From Atopobium sp. (lineage in GTDB: Bacteria > Actinomycetota > Coriobacteriia > Coriobacteriales > Atopobiaceae): 64,000 bases of DNA. The notes beneath the pieces are model-generated. The model ran no database searches, was not told the DNA's origin, and worked only from the letters and a program-made list of their open reading frames with translations. Shown here in pieces: positions 26,600-36,418 of the stretch. The stretch spans positions 6,833 to 70,832 of the forward strand of contig JABZHC010000002.1 of NCBI GenBank assembly GCA_015259035.1. The letters are read 5' to 3'. Every line of letters starts with the position of its first letter. Within the stretch, counting starts at the first letter, position 1. A program made the position numbers and the translations under genes.

Positions 26600-28891
26600 T
26601 TACTCATTTTCCCGCGGTTTTCTCGAGATTTTATATGCATGGTGAATCTTCTGATTTCTTGAGAAGTCCTCCGGAATAGTTTCACTTGTTATGTCTTCAA
26701 TGTCGACGCCAGTTCGCTGGATTTTCTCGACATCTGGCTTAAAGGTACGCAGGTTGCACGAGAAAATGGCAACGCCACCGCGAGTCAGAAGGCGAGAAAT
26801 GCCAATGATGAGCTCAGCGTGATCTCTCTGGACATCAAACGAGCTCTGCCTCATGCGCGATGAGTTGGAGAAGGTCGGGACGTCGCAGAAGATAACGTTC
26901 CAGCGGTTTTTGGTGTGACGCATCTCGGTAATCCAAGACAGGACGTCTGCCTGGACAAACTCGTGCTCCTCTCCGTCAAAACCGTTGCGCTTCATGTTGC
27001 GCTTGGCCCACTCGAGCGAAGGCTTGGAGAGGTCAACGGTTGTGGAGTGAAGTGCACCACCGTCTGCTGCGTAGCAGGTAGCGGTACCTGTGTAGGCAAA
27101 GAGGTTGAGGAAGCTCTTAGCAGGTCCGGCACTTTTCATGAGCTCACGAATCTCTGCGCGTGTATCGCGGTGGTCTAGGAAGATTCCACAGTCCAGCCTT
27201 GAGGCAAAGTTGACCTCAAAGAGTAGGCCGCCCTCATCGATGAGCAGCATTTCTTTTCTGGAGTTGTCTGCAGCGCTGCCCTCGTCAGAGTACTGAGAGC
27301 CACCCTTTGCACGCGTTCTTGTTCGTAGATTTACGTTTGAGCTGGGTACGCCTAGAATGCGAGGAGCCAAAGCTAGGACGTCTAGAAGGCGGCGCTTTGC
27401 AAGGTCTGGGTCAATCTCTTTAGAAGCAGCATACTCGGAGATTTGCAGCCAGGTAGTTGGCTTTGTGGCACCCTTGTAAATGTCAATGCTGACAGCATAA
27501 TCGGGCAGGTCAGCGTCGTACACGCGGTAGCACGAAACGTCGTTTTTACGAGCCCACTTAGCGCGTTGCTTGGCCACCTTAGCAAGGCGCGCAGCAAACT
27601 GATCGGATGCAGGAACCAGTACGCTTACCGGCTGGTTGTTGACCATAACGGTGGGGCCTGCAGAAACGGAGATAAGCTCGGAGCTGTTCGCAGACGCATC
27701 AGCGGTTTTAGCTGCGTCGTCAATGGCCCCCTCTGCATTTGCAGCAAGGTAGGAGCGCATGGTGGCAATGGAGTTGCCCACGTAGACGGAAAGTGTCTGC
27801 GAAGGAGTTGCTCTGAGTACCGTATCGGTATTTGTATCGCTGGTAAGAAGCGTACTTGCCTGACCAGCAAAAAGTCCAAGTGTGGCGTAAGCAGAACCTT
27901 GGAGTGTAGGCTCCTCTTTGGTCCACGAGAGATCAGCAACAACGCCTGTGAAGTGCTCCGCATGTTTTAGTAGCTCAGAAGCTGGCAAGAACTGCACGTC
28001 TGCCTTGAGGCCGCCTGCACGAAGCGTATAGAGCACAGCCTCCTTAGCCTTTGGGCGAGAATCTGCTGCATAGAGTGTGACCTGGCGCTCCTGGCCCTTC
28101 TCGGCACGTTCATCTGCCTCGGCAAGCAAATCCTGCCAGGCATCGTCGTCGTGACCGGCCCAGCCTGTCATGCCCCAGCGAGCGCGCAGGATGCCCGGAG
28201 CCACGTCCAGCGCCATGCCCGCAGCCTCCTGTGCAAGCGCGCCTGCTCCCGGGAACAGCAGCGCCGGCAGCGGCGCGTCTGGCGAGAAGAGCGGTGTACT
28301 CGCGGCAGTTTGCGCCTGCAGGTACAGAAGGGCAGCAGCGTAGTCCAGCCTGAGCGGCGCAAACTCACGTGCCGGCCCTCGACCGCCAGTCAGGCTGCGC
28401 TTAAAGAGCGCCTCACCAGCAAGATCGATGCCAACCGTGGCACGGTTGCGTGACACGCGCACGACAATAGTCACGTCAGGTGCAAGCGTGTTGACCATAG
28501 GACGGCTTCCGCGCTTTGCTGCAAGTCGGTCTACAATAGCGTCTTTTGTTCTGACAGCAATAAAGTTTGTGTTTCTGAGCTGGTCATTTGTACCATGAGC
28601 GCTCACTGCAATGGTGGCATGTGGACCAATATGGTCTTCCCAAGCAATGTGGGAGAGGTCTTCGTAGAGAGCGTCTGAAGTTGCAGCACCAACGCGATCA
28701 AGCACCAAAATGACGCGAGACGTGAGGCGAGACCATAAACAGACGCGGTAAGCATCGGCAAGTGAGCCGTAAAACGCAACTTGTCCGCCAAGAGGACGCA
28801 CCTTTTTGATGCGCAGGCCGTCTAGTTCCTGTGCAAGAAGCTTCTCAAAGCCTTTTGGACACGTTGCAAAGAACTCAAGTTCTTGAGACAT
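26600..28891 (-). CDS. rlmL: Bifunctional 23S rRNA methyltransferase RlmKL-like (THUMP + RlmL-like + RlmK)
   Basis: FFATCPKGFEKLL N-terminus, CLWSRL..R, YRVYDADLPDY, GIFLDHR, FLNLFAYTG, DVPTFSNS. Start set at MSQEL (ATG 28891). Confidence 0.88.
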   Translation of the reverse strand: MSQELEFFATCPKGFEKLLAQELDGLRIKKVRPLGGQVAFYGSLADAYRVCLWSRLTSRVILVLDRVGAATSDALYEDLSHIAWEDHIGPHATIAVSAHGTNDQLRNTNFIAVRTKDAIVDRLAAKRGSRPMVNTLAPDVTIVVRVSRNRATVGIDLAGEALFKRSLTGGRGPAREFAPLRLDYAAALLYLQAQTAASTPLFSPDAPLPALLFPGAGALAQEAAGMALDVAPGILRARWGMTGWAGHDDDAWQDLLAEADERAEKGQERQVTLYAADSRPKAKEAVLYTLRAGGLKADVQFLPASELLKHAEHFTGVVADLSWTKEEPTLQGSAYATLGLFAGQASTLLTSDTNTDTVLRATPSQTLSVYVGNSIATMRSYLAANAEGAIDDAAKTADASANSSELISVSAGPTVMVNNQPVSVLVPASDQFAARLAKVAKQRAKWARKNDVSCYRVYDADLPDYAVSIDIYKGATKPTTWLQISEYAASKEIDPDLAKRRLLDVLALAPRILGVPSSNVNLRTRTRAKGGSQYSDEGSAADNSRKEMLLIDEGGLLFEVNFASRLDCGIFLDHRDTRAEIRELMKSAGPAKSFLNLFAYTGTATCYAADGGALHSTTVDLSKPSLEWAKRNMKRNGFDGEEHEFVQADVLSWITEMRHTKNRWNVIFCDVPTFSNSSRMRQSSFDVQRDHAELIIGISRLLTRGGVAIFSCNLRTFKPDVEKIQRTGVDIEDITSETIPEDFSRNQKIHHAYKISRKPRENE

Positions 28892-28996
28892 CGGGACACC
28901 TTTCGCCCGTAGGAATTGAATACATACTGTTGCAATATTTTCCCATGTTTTTCTCGCCAAATGGTTGGGGAGAAGAAAATACATCAAGAACCCGTG

Positions 28997-29075
28997 GGCG
29001 CTCGGCCGTGCGTGTTCCCCGGAGGCGCCCCCTCGGCCGTGCGTGTTCCCCAGAGGCGCCTCTCGGCCTTGCGTG
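28997..29075. repeat. GC-rich 30/31-bp tandem repeat (about 2.5 copies) in rlmKL-pgm intergenic region
   Basis: CTCGGCCGTGCGTGTTCCCC(G/A)GAGGCGCC at 29001 and 29032, partial third copy at 29062. Confidence 0.85.
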
Positions 29076-29233
29076 GCTGTGAGCAGCGCGTCTGCAGCCC
29101 GCACCACCCTCCACTCACCGAAGAGCGGAAGTTCATACATAATGTCCCCAATCATCTGTTATTTTTCGCTTAAAATACGCGTAGTATCTTTTATTAAGAA
29201 ATACAGAGAGCTGTTTAAGGTTTGGGAGTCATT

Positions 29234-30955
29234 ATGGATGCAAAAGTTATGGAAACATTTGAGTCCTGGCGTGCAAACGTCACCGAAGAAGACCTGGTAA
29301 AAGAGCTCGGAGAGCTTGCAAAACCAGAAGCAGAAGATAAGCTCTACGATGCATTTTATCGCTCACTTGCATTTGGTACAGCTGGTCTTCGTGGCACCAT
29401 TGGTGTTGGCACCAACCGCATGAATGTCTACGTTGTTGCTCAGGCAACCCAGGGCCTTGCGGATTACCTCAACGCTCACTATCAAAATCCTACCGTGGCT
29501 CTTGCAAGGGATTCTCGCCTCAAGGGTGAGGATTTCCAGAAGGTTGCAGCTGGTGTTTTGGCAGCTAATGGCATCCGTGTATATGTCTACCCACGTATTG
29601 AGCCTGTCCCAACGCTCTCGTTTGCCGTCCGCTACCTCAAGACTTCCGCAGGTATCGTACTTACCGCAAGTCACAACCCTGCGCCTTATAACGGCTATAA
29701 GGTGTACAACGATAACGGCGGCCAGATTACGGATGAGGCAGCGGCTGAGATTTCTGCAAACATCGCACGCGTCAATCCTTTTGACGTCAAGCCTATGGAC
29801 TTTGAAGAAGGCCTGGAGAAGGGCTTGATCATTTGGACTCCAGAAGAGGTTCTGGACAACTTTATTGAGGCTATCAAGCGTGTTTCTATTCCAGGATTTA
29901 AGGCTGCCGACGGCTACAAGGTTGTATACACGCCGCTCAATGGTACAGGCATGGAGTGTGTCACGCGCATTCTCAAGGAGATTGGCGTCAATGACGTTGA
30001 CGTTGTTCCAGAGCAGGCAGAGCCAGACGGAAACTTCCCCACATGCTCCTATCCAAATCCAGAGTTCCGTGAGGCACTTGAGCTGGGCCTCAAGCTTGCT
30101 GACAAGGTAAAGCCAAATCTCCTGGTAGCAACTGACCCAGATGCAGACCGTATGGGTACTGCAATCCCTCATAACGGCGATTACGTGCTGCTTTCCGGTA
30201 ACGAGATGGGTGTCCTGCTTATGGACTGGCTCCTTACCATGGCTGAAGAGCGTGGCGAGAAACCCCAGGATAAGGTAGCTGTTTCCACCATCGTATCTTC
30301 TGCAATGCCCGACGTCTTGGCACGTGCCCGCGGCTTTGAGATGCGCCGTGTGCTCACGGGCTTCAAGTACATTGGCGACCAAATTGACCAGCTCAAGGAT
30401 GCCGGCGAGGAGAATCGCTTCCTCATGGGCTTTGAGGAGTCCTACGGCTATCTTGTTGGTACCCATGCTCGCGATAAGGACGCTATTGTTGCCACCATGC
30501 TCTGCGTTGAAATGGCTTCTTGGTACGCGGCTCGCAACATGGACCTCTACGAGGCAATGGATGCCCTGTATCAGCGCTACGGCTACTACCTCAATGGCGT
30601 TGTCAACGCTGCTTACCCAGGTGCTGAGGGTGCCGCAAAGATGGCTCAGATTATGAGTGGCCTGCGTAAGAATCCACTGGAAATGGTGGGCAATTACAAG
30701 GTTGTTGGCGTAACTGACTATGCTGAGTGCGCAGAAATGCCTCGCGTTTCGGGCCTGCAGAAAGAGGCTCCTCAGACGCTGCCAGCTTCTAACGTTATTG
30801 AGTATAGGCTTGAGGGCGATAACAAGGTCATCTTCCGTCCATCTGGTACTGAGCCAAAGGTCAAGTCTTACCTCTTTGCCAACGGCAAAACTCGCGAAGA
30901 GGCCGAGGCACGCATCGCTGAGCTTATCGAGGCTGCACAGAAGGTGCTTTCATAG
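29234..30955 (+). CDS. pgm: Phosphoglucomutase/phosphomannomutase
   Basis: FGTAGLRG, TASHNP, DPDADR, GFEESYG, RPSGTEPK. Confidence 0.93.
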   Translation: MDAKVMETFESWRANVTEEDLVKELGELAKPEAEDKLYDAFYRSLAFGTAGLRGTIGVGTNRMNVYVVAQATQGLADYLNAHYQNPTVALARDSRLKGEDFQKVAAGVLAANGIRVYVYPRIEPVPTLSFAVRYLKTSAGIVLTASHNPAPYNGYKVYNDNGGQITDEAAAEISANIARVNPFDVKPMDFEEGLEKGLIIWTPEEVLDNFIEAIKRVSIPGFKAADGYKVVYTPLNGTGMECVTRILKEIGVNDVDVVPEQAEPDGNFPTCSYPNPEFREALELGLKLADKVKPNLLVATDPDADRMGTAIPHNGDYVLLSGNEMGVLLMDWLLTMAEERGEKPQDKVAVSTIVSSAMPDVLARARGFEMRRVLTGFKYIGDQIDQLKDAGEENRFLMGFEESYGYLVGTHARDKDAIVATMLCVEMASWYAARNMDLYEAMDALYQRYGYYLNGVVNAAYPGAEGAAKMAQIMSGLRKNPLEMVGNYKVVGVTDYAECAEMPRVSGLQKEAPQTLPASNVIEYRLEGDNKVIFRPSGTEPKVKSYLFANGKTREEAEARIAELIEAAQKVLS

Positions 30956-31016
30956 TTCGCCTTTACCCCTAAAAGCGTCTTTCTCCGCGCAGTCCTTTGG
31001 CGAGAAACCCGTCCAG

Positions 31017-31051
31017 CCCAGCATTCACCTTTTGTGGATGCTGGGTTTTTT
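31017..31051. terminator. Terminator between convergent pgm and C39-like gene
   Basis: CCCAGCATTCAC...GTGGATGCTGGG followed by a T run. Confidence 0.75.
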
Positions 31052-32099
31052 ACTCCGCGGCCTTTACCGTCACGGTGTACAGGGCATTTGCAGCGCTGGC
31101 AATAGTTTCTGCCGCCCATGGACGTGCGCTTACCTCAGGGGACAGAGGGTCGTGGACATTTACGGTGCCGTCATCGTTCTTGCTGGTTACCAAAATCCAG
31201 TGATCGCCATCAGAGCTCAGTTTATTGCCCTTAACCTCAACAAGCAGGAAGGTTTCAGCATCTAGAAGCGTGGTGATATTGTCGGCAGAAATGTTATAGC
31301 TATCAGCGGTAAGACCAAGGTTAGCTAAGTTCTTCTCGAGAAATGATCTGTTCATTCCAGAGTCGGTGTCGCTTGCCTTAGCGGTTTCAACAGCGCCCGC
31401 AATATCTGCTGGAGTCCAGTTATTCTTTCCGGTAAGGCCCATGTAAGCCATAGAGAGTGCAGTGGGACCAGAGCCCTTGGTGGCAATTACAGAACCGGCA
31501 TACGAGACTCCACCCCACCTGGAGTCCCAGGTATAGAGCTGAGGAGCTGTGCCTTTGGTGATTGAATCGTCGTAGGTTTTGGCTTTGCCGTCAGAATCGG
31601 GATAGTTTGCAACAAAATCAATAGCCTCAGGGTGGGCGAGTGCTAGCTCAATGAGGCTCTTATCGCTGTATCTATCGGCGTGCTCTGCAATCCACGCAAG
31701 ATTTTTGTTCTGATCAAGCTTGGCTGCAAGCGCTTTGGTCAGCTCTTCTGAAGTTCCCACAGCAACACGAGAATCAACGGAGTTAGCCTCTACCTCTGGA
31801 GTAGATTCTTTAGCGCAACCACGCACACAGCTCGACACAATAAAGACCAGTAAAAGCGCCGCGATGACCGCTAGACCAATGACAATATAGGTTCTCGTAC
31901 GAGAATCAATGCGATGTAGTAGAGACTGTCTCTTAAAGAGAACTGCCTGCGAACCAAGGGTATTTCTCTTGCGACGTCTTGCCTGCCTATCAGAAATACC
32001 GCCATCACGAGAAGGACGGCCATTTTGTGGAGGACGGCGACGCATTGCAGGATCTCCGTAGGAGCCTTGTCTTCTATCAGGTGAATCATTCAGGGGCAT
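31050..32099 (-). CDS. Membrane-anchored C39-like peptidase family protein (catalytic Cys replaced by Ser)
   Basis: Basic cytoplasmic N-terminus, TM, then LYTWDSRWG..Y...GSGPTALSM...HWIL...HDP; GGAGG RBS before MPLND. Confidence 0.75.
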   Translation of the reverse strand: MPLNDSPDRRQGSYGDPAMRRRPPQNGRPSRDGGISDRQARRRKRNTLGSQAVLFKRQSLLHRIDSRTRTYIVIGLAVIAALLLVFIVSSCVRGCAKESTPEVEANSVDSRVAVGTSEELTKALAAKLDQNKNLAWIAEHADRYSDKSLIELALAHPEAIDFVANYPDSDGKAKTYDDSITKGTAPQLYTWDSRWGGVSYAGSVIATKGSGPTALSMAYMGLTGKNNWTPADIAGAVETAKASDTDSGMNRSFLEKNLANLGLTADSYNISADNITTLLDAETFLLVEVKGNKLSSDGDHWILVTSKNDDGTVNVHDPLSPEVSARPWAAETIASAANALYTVTVKAAE

Positions 32100-32321
32100 G
32101 GTGGCCTCCAAGCCGTAAAAATAGTTTCACTCATGATGAATCATACGGCGAGAAGTGTATAAATACTTTTAGAAAACGGTGAATGCAATATTCCGACCGA
32201 CGAGCGGGTTATTTGCACCGTTTAGCGGTTTGGCATGCGCATAAGGGTTGATTAAGTATATTCTTTTATTCACTATCATTTGTTTTCAAAGTTAGCGAGT
32301 CGTATAAGGAAAGAAGGCGTC

Positions 32322-32762
32322 GTGAAGCATAGAAATGCTCGACAGGACGTGATTCGTGAGCTTGTTCGCAGCGAGTCCATCCGCACACAGCGCGATCTTG
32401 TTGACATGCTTAAAGGTCGTGGCTTTGCCTGTACTCAAGCAACCGTTTCTCGTGATACTGCAGAAATGGATTTGCAAAAGCTTCCCGAGGGCGCCTATGT
32501 GCTTTCTGAAGATATGCATTTGCAGAAAATGCTCTCTGAGTTTGTGGTTGGGGCTACGGCAGCAGAGAATCTTATTGTGATTCGATGCCATCCAGGCACT
32601 GCATCAGCCGTTGCGTTTGCCCTTGATGACGTTGAGCTTGACCACGTTGTTGGCACCGTTGCCGGTGACGATACCGTTTTGATGATTGTGGATAAGACTG
32701 AGCACGCTGCAGACGTGATGCGCATCATTACGCAGCTTGGCAACGTAGAGAGCGTTCTATAA
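32322..32762 (+). CDS. argR: Arginine repressor
   Basis: TQATVSRD and GTVAGDDT signature motifs; GTG start. Confidence 0.93.
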   Translation: MKHRNARQDVIRELVRSESIRTQRDLVDMLKGRGFACTQATVSRDTAEMDLQKLPEGAYVLSEDMHLQKMLSEFVVGATAAENLIVIRCHPGTASAVAFALDDVELDHVVGTVAGDDTVLMIVDKTEHAADVMRIITQLGNVESVL

Positions 32763-32814
32763 AACACAAATCTTTTAGCGAGAAACCCGTCAAAAGCACA
32801 CCTCATTCAAAAAG

Positions 32815-32849
32815 AAAAAGGAGCCTGCTTAGTGCAGACTCCTTTTTGT
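32815..32849. terminator. Bidirectional terminator between argR and PBP gene
   Basis: AAAAGGAG-C-CTGC...GCAG-A-CTCCTTTT. Confidence 0.7.
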
Positions 32850-32867
32850 TGTAGATAAACCAGAGGT

Positions 32868-35012
32868 TTATGGAGTTCTTGTTCCAGTTCCAGTGCCCGT
32901 TCCAGTTCCAGTGCCCGTTCCTGTTCCGGTGCCCGTACCAGTACCAGTACCAGTACCAGGAGTGGCTGGAGTGGTAGGAGTGGTAGGAGTAGTAGGAGTA
33001 GTGGTTGAATCGTCCTCTTCCTCCTCTTCCTCTTCTTCTTCCTCTTCGTCGTTATCTTCCTGTTTTTGTTTGTTATAAGCAGAGCCGCCAACAAACTTCC
33101 AGTAGCTATCAGGCTTGTAAGAGATAGTTTCGGTAGTCTTTGGGAACTCAGCACGAGCAACACCAGAGAGAGCTGCGTTCATGTAGTACGCCCAAACATA
33201 CTGAGCAGTAACAAAGGTAGAGGACTCTCCACCGCCGATGATAACAGGGTCACGACTATCTGGATATCCGCACCAAGCTACTGTTGCAAGTTGTGGAGTA
33301 TAAGCGCAGAACCAAAGGTCTTCAGAGTTATCGGAAGTACCCGTCTTACCAGCAACTGGTTGGTTGAAGGTCTTCAGGTTGTAAGCATAGCGACCAGTAC
33401 CAGAGGTAAGAACGCCGCTCAGAACATCGGTAGCAGCTGCAGCAACAGCTGGGCTAATTGCCTGAACTGGGTTGTCCTTGTGCTCGTAGATAACGTTTCC
33501 GTTACGGTCTTCGATGCGTGTAATTGCTACAGCATCACGACGAACACCGCCTGCAGCAAGCGTTGCAAATGCTGTGCACTGCTCAATAGGGGTTACGCCC
33601 TGAGAACCAAGAGTGGTAGACAGGTATGGCTGTAGCTGAGTGCGAATACCCATGGCATAGCACGTCTGAAGGATCTTATCGATACCAATAGCTTCAGCAA
33701 CCTGTGCGTAAACAGTGTTGGACGAGTAAACCGTACCTTGACGCAGGGTAATTGCACCGTAGCTGTAGTTGCCAGCGTTTTTAACCAACCAGGTTGGCGT
33801 AATTTGCATAGGGGAGTTGCCGTTAAGAACAATCTCTGGGTTCATACCCTCAGAAAGGGCTGCTACCAGCGTATACATCTTAAAACTGGAGCCCATCTGA
33901 CGGTTACTACTGGTTGCAATGTTGTACTGACTCTTTGAGTAATCCTGTCCACCAACCATTGCTTTAATGTAGCCAGTTTGAGGATCAATGGAAACCAAAG
34001 CAGCGCCCAGGCGAGGGTTGCCAAGCTCAGCAATACGCCTTCTAGCAGCCTCATCAGCATCTTTCTGGAGGTCAGGATCAAGTGTAGTATAAACACGCAA
34101 TCCACCCTGGAGAATAGTATCGCTATCAAAGTCTTCCTGAAGCAGGCTACGAATGTAGTCAGTCCAGTAAGGGAACTGGCCAATGTTGTCGGTCAAAGTA
34201 CCAGGGTTAAGTACTAAGTCCTCAGCAACAGCTTCATCGTACTGCTCCTGTGTAATATCGCCCGCGCGAAGCATACGCTCAAGAACGGTATTACGCCTTT
34301 CTCTTGCTGCCTCTGGATTAACAGTTGGGTCATAGGCAGAAGGAGCATTTGGAAGGCCAGCAAGCGTTGCAGCCTCAGCAAGAGTCAAATCACTTGCATG
34401 CTTGTTAAAGTAGATAATACTTGCAGCCTCAATACCGTAGGCACCATTACCGTAGTAAATGGTGTTGAGGTACATATTAAGAATCTGGTCTTTAGTAAAC
34501 TTCTTCTCCATCTGAATAGAGATGTAAGCCTCGCGGACCTTACGCTTCAAAGAACGCTCAAACTGCTCGTTGGAAAGAACAGTGTTACGAACAAGCTGCT
34601 GTGTAATAGTGGAAGCACCTTCGCCGCCACCAAACAAAGAGCCAACAGATGCGCGGACAATACCCCAGGGGTCAATACCGCTGTGGGAATAGAAGCGCTT
34701 ATCCTCAGTATCAATGGTGCCCTGAATAACATAAGGAGAAATCTGATCCAGGGTAACGGAACGGCGTTGCTGCAGATAGAAGTCAGCAATGTCGTTACCC
34801 TTGGAGTCATAAACGCGGGTAGGCTCTGCTACCAGGTAGGCATCAGCAGAGTTGTAATCTGGCAGGTCCTCGAGCCATGAAGAAACAGCTGCACCCAAAG
34901 AAAGTGCAAGTGCAAGCGCGAGAAGAGCCATAAAGCCAAAGAATCCAGCAACGCCAAAACCTACGGCATGTGTATTTGCGTGTTTCCGTGCACGACGGGT
35001 TCTAATACCCAT
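32868..35012 (-). CDS. Class A penicillin-binding protein (transglycosylase/transpeptidase, PBP1A-like)
   Basis: EDKRFYSH.GID, GASTITQQ, RKVRE; SSFK (SxxK), SSN, KTG; low-complexity tail. Confidence 0.95.
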   Translation of the reverse strand: MGIRTRRARKHANTHAVGFGVAGFFGFMALLALALALSLGAAVSSWLEDLPDYNSADAYLVAEPTRVYDSKGNDIADFYLQQRRSVTLDQISPYVIQGTIDTEDKRFYSHSGIDPWGIVRASVGSLFGGGEGASTITQQLVRNTVLSNEQFERSLKRKVREAYISIQMEKKFTKDQILNMYLNTIYYGNGAYGIEAASIIYFNKHASDLTLAEAATLAGLPNAPSAYDPTVNPEAARERRNTVLERMLRAGDITQEQYDEAVAEDLVLNPGTLTDNIGQFPYWTDYIRSLLQEDFDSDTILQGGLRVYTTLDPDLQKDADEAARRRIAELGNPRLGAALVSIDPQTGYIKAMVGGQDYSKSQYNIATSSNRQMGSSFKMYTLVAALSEGMNPEIVLNGNSPMQITPTWLVKNAGNYSYGAITLRQGTVYSSNTVYAQVAEAIGIDKILQTCYAMGIRTQLQPYLSTTLGSQGVTPIEQCTAFATLAAGGVRRDAVAITRIEDRNGNVIYEHKDNPVQAISPAVAAAATDVLSGVLTSGTGRYAYNLKTFNQPVAGKTGTSDNSEDLWFCAYTPQLATVAWCGYPDSRDPVIIGGGESSTFVTAQYVWAYYMNAALSGVARAEFPKTTETISYKPDSYWKFVGGSAYNKQKQEDNDEEEEEEEEEEEDDSTTTPTTPTTPTTPATPGTGTGTGTGTGTGTGTGTGTGTGTGTRTP
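32877..33060 (-). repeat. Low-complexity coding repeats in the PBP tail: poly-Glu, (PTT)n, (GT)n
   Basis: 6-bp units ACCAGT/TCCAGT/GCCCGT, 9-bp AGTGGTAGG-like units, and TCC/TCT triplet runs. Confidence 0.85.
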
Positions 35013-35173
35013 TGAGCCTCCTTGTCATAGCTCTCACTATTATAGTCTGATATTTATGTTTCAGTGAATAAAGAGTTACAACTCTGTTGTATTCTGATAG
35101 ATAACATTTTTGATTGATACTATTTGTAGCAGTAACTATATGGTTTAACAGGCTTGCGTTGAGAGGATACAGA

Positions 35174-36385
35174 GTGCTTTCAGTAGAAGAACAGCTCCGT
35201 GTTATTACTTCAGGAACTATGCAGATTGTTCCTTTGGATGGTCTAAAAGAAAAACTCAAGAAGGGCACTCCTCTTAATATCAAGCTTGGCGTCGATCCAA
35301 CAAGTCCTGATTTGCATCTGGGACACGCGGTTCCTCTACGCAAGATGCGCCAGTTCCAGGACCTTGGCCATAATGTCACGCTAATCATTGGTAGTGGTAC
35401 CGCACTGATTGGTGACCCTTCTGGGCGTGACTCTACCCGTCCTCCGCTCACTGCAGAGCAAGTAGATGCCAACGCAGAGACCTATGTTAACCAGGCAATG
35501 AAGATTTTAGATCCAGAGAGAACTACCGTTGTTCATAACGGTGACTGGATTAAGCCTATGAACCTTGAGACAATGCTTGGCCTTATGAGCAAGTTCACCA
35601 TTGCTCGTATTCTTGAGCGAGAAGACTTCTCTAATCGCTACCGTAATCAGCAGCCCATTGCGCTCCATGAGTTCATTTACCCTGTTCTTCAGGCATATGA
35701 TTCTGTTGTTATCAAGGCAGACGTAGAGATGGGCGGAAACGACCAGATCTTCAACTTGCTTGCCGGCCGTGATCTTATGCGTGATATGGACATGGAGCCG
35801 CAGATTGCGCTTACCATGCCTCTTCTTGTGGGTACTGATGGCACCAAGAAGATGAGTAAGTCTTATGGCAACTACATTGGACTGACTGATGAGCCAAATG
35901 ATATGTTTGGCAAGGTTATGTCTATCACCGATGAGATTATTCCAATGTACTACCGCCTTTGCTCTACGCTCTCTATTGATGAGCTTGATGCTATCGATAA
36001 GAGCTTTGAGGACGGTACCGCCGATCCTTACCAGCTCAAGCGTGCTCTTGGTAGAAATATCGTTGATCTTTATCACGGTGAGGGAGAAGGTCTTAAGGCT
36101 CAGGCGGCCTTTGATGCTCAGTTTAAGAACAATGAGGTTCCTGACGATGTCAAAGAGTTTGCAATTTCCCTCGAAGCGGATGAAGATGGTCTCATCTACC
36201 TACCAAAGGTTTTGGTTGAAGTAGAGATTGCTTCAAGTAACGGTGAGGCTCGTCGTCTCATTGATGGTGGTGGCATTAAGATTAACCAGCAGCCTCATCC
36301 AGCAAAGACCTATAAGGTTGAACCAGCAGTTCTTGAGAAAGCCCTTCTTCAGGCAGGTAAAAAGCGCTGGGCTCAGCTCGTCTAA
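35174..36385 (+). CDS. tyrS: Tyrosine--tRNA ligase
   Basis: KLGVDPT..DLHLGH, YPVLQAYD, GGNDQ, KMSKS, C-terminal S4 domain. GTG start after GAGG. Confidence 0.96.
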   Translation: MLSVEEQLRVITSGTMQIVPLDGLKEKLKKGTPLNIKLGVDPTSPDLHLGHAVPLRKMRQFQDLGHNVTLIIGSGTALIGDPSGRDSTRPPLTAEQVDANAETYVNQAMKILDPERTTVVHNGDWIKPMNLETMLGLMSKFTIARILEREDFSNRYRNQQPIALHEFIYPVLQAYDSVVIKADVEMGGNDQIFNLLAGRDLMRDMDMEPQIALTMPLLVGTDGTKKMSKSYGNYIGLTDEPNDMFGKVMSITDEIIPMYYRLCSTLSIDELDAIDKSFEDGTADPYQLKRALGRNIVDLYHGEGEGLKAQAAFDAQFKNNEVPDDVKEFAISLEADEDGLIYLPKVLVEVEIASSNGEARRLIDGGGIKINQQPHPAKTYKVEPAVLEKALLQAGKKRWAQLV

Positions 36386-36418
36386 TTGGTAATGGCCACT
36401 AAATAAGGAAACTTACAT

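Noticed and set aside
29001..29075. Possible CRISPR array (GTGTTCCCC resembles the start of type I-E repeats)
   Set aside because: Units are directly tandem with no unique spacers, there is no GGGGAT-type second palindrome arm, and no cas genes are in the window.
28892..29155. 88-aa N-terminal extension of RlmKL in the ORF track
   Set aside because: Family homology begins at MSQELEFFATC; the extension merely translates the GC-rich repeat.
29363..30466. 367-aa ORF antisense to pgm (and similar shadows over the ATPase, PBP, tyrS and tadG)
   Set aside because: Antisense shadows fully contained in well-supported genes.
32150..32280. ARG boxes upstream of argR
   Set aside because: Only partial TGAATA/TGTATA half-sites; no convincing full palindrome.
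35013..35173. T-box leader upstream of tyrS
   Set aside because: The spacer is about 160 bp, AT-rich and shared with a divergent gene; no T-box consensus or terminator/antiterminator seen.
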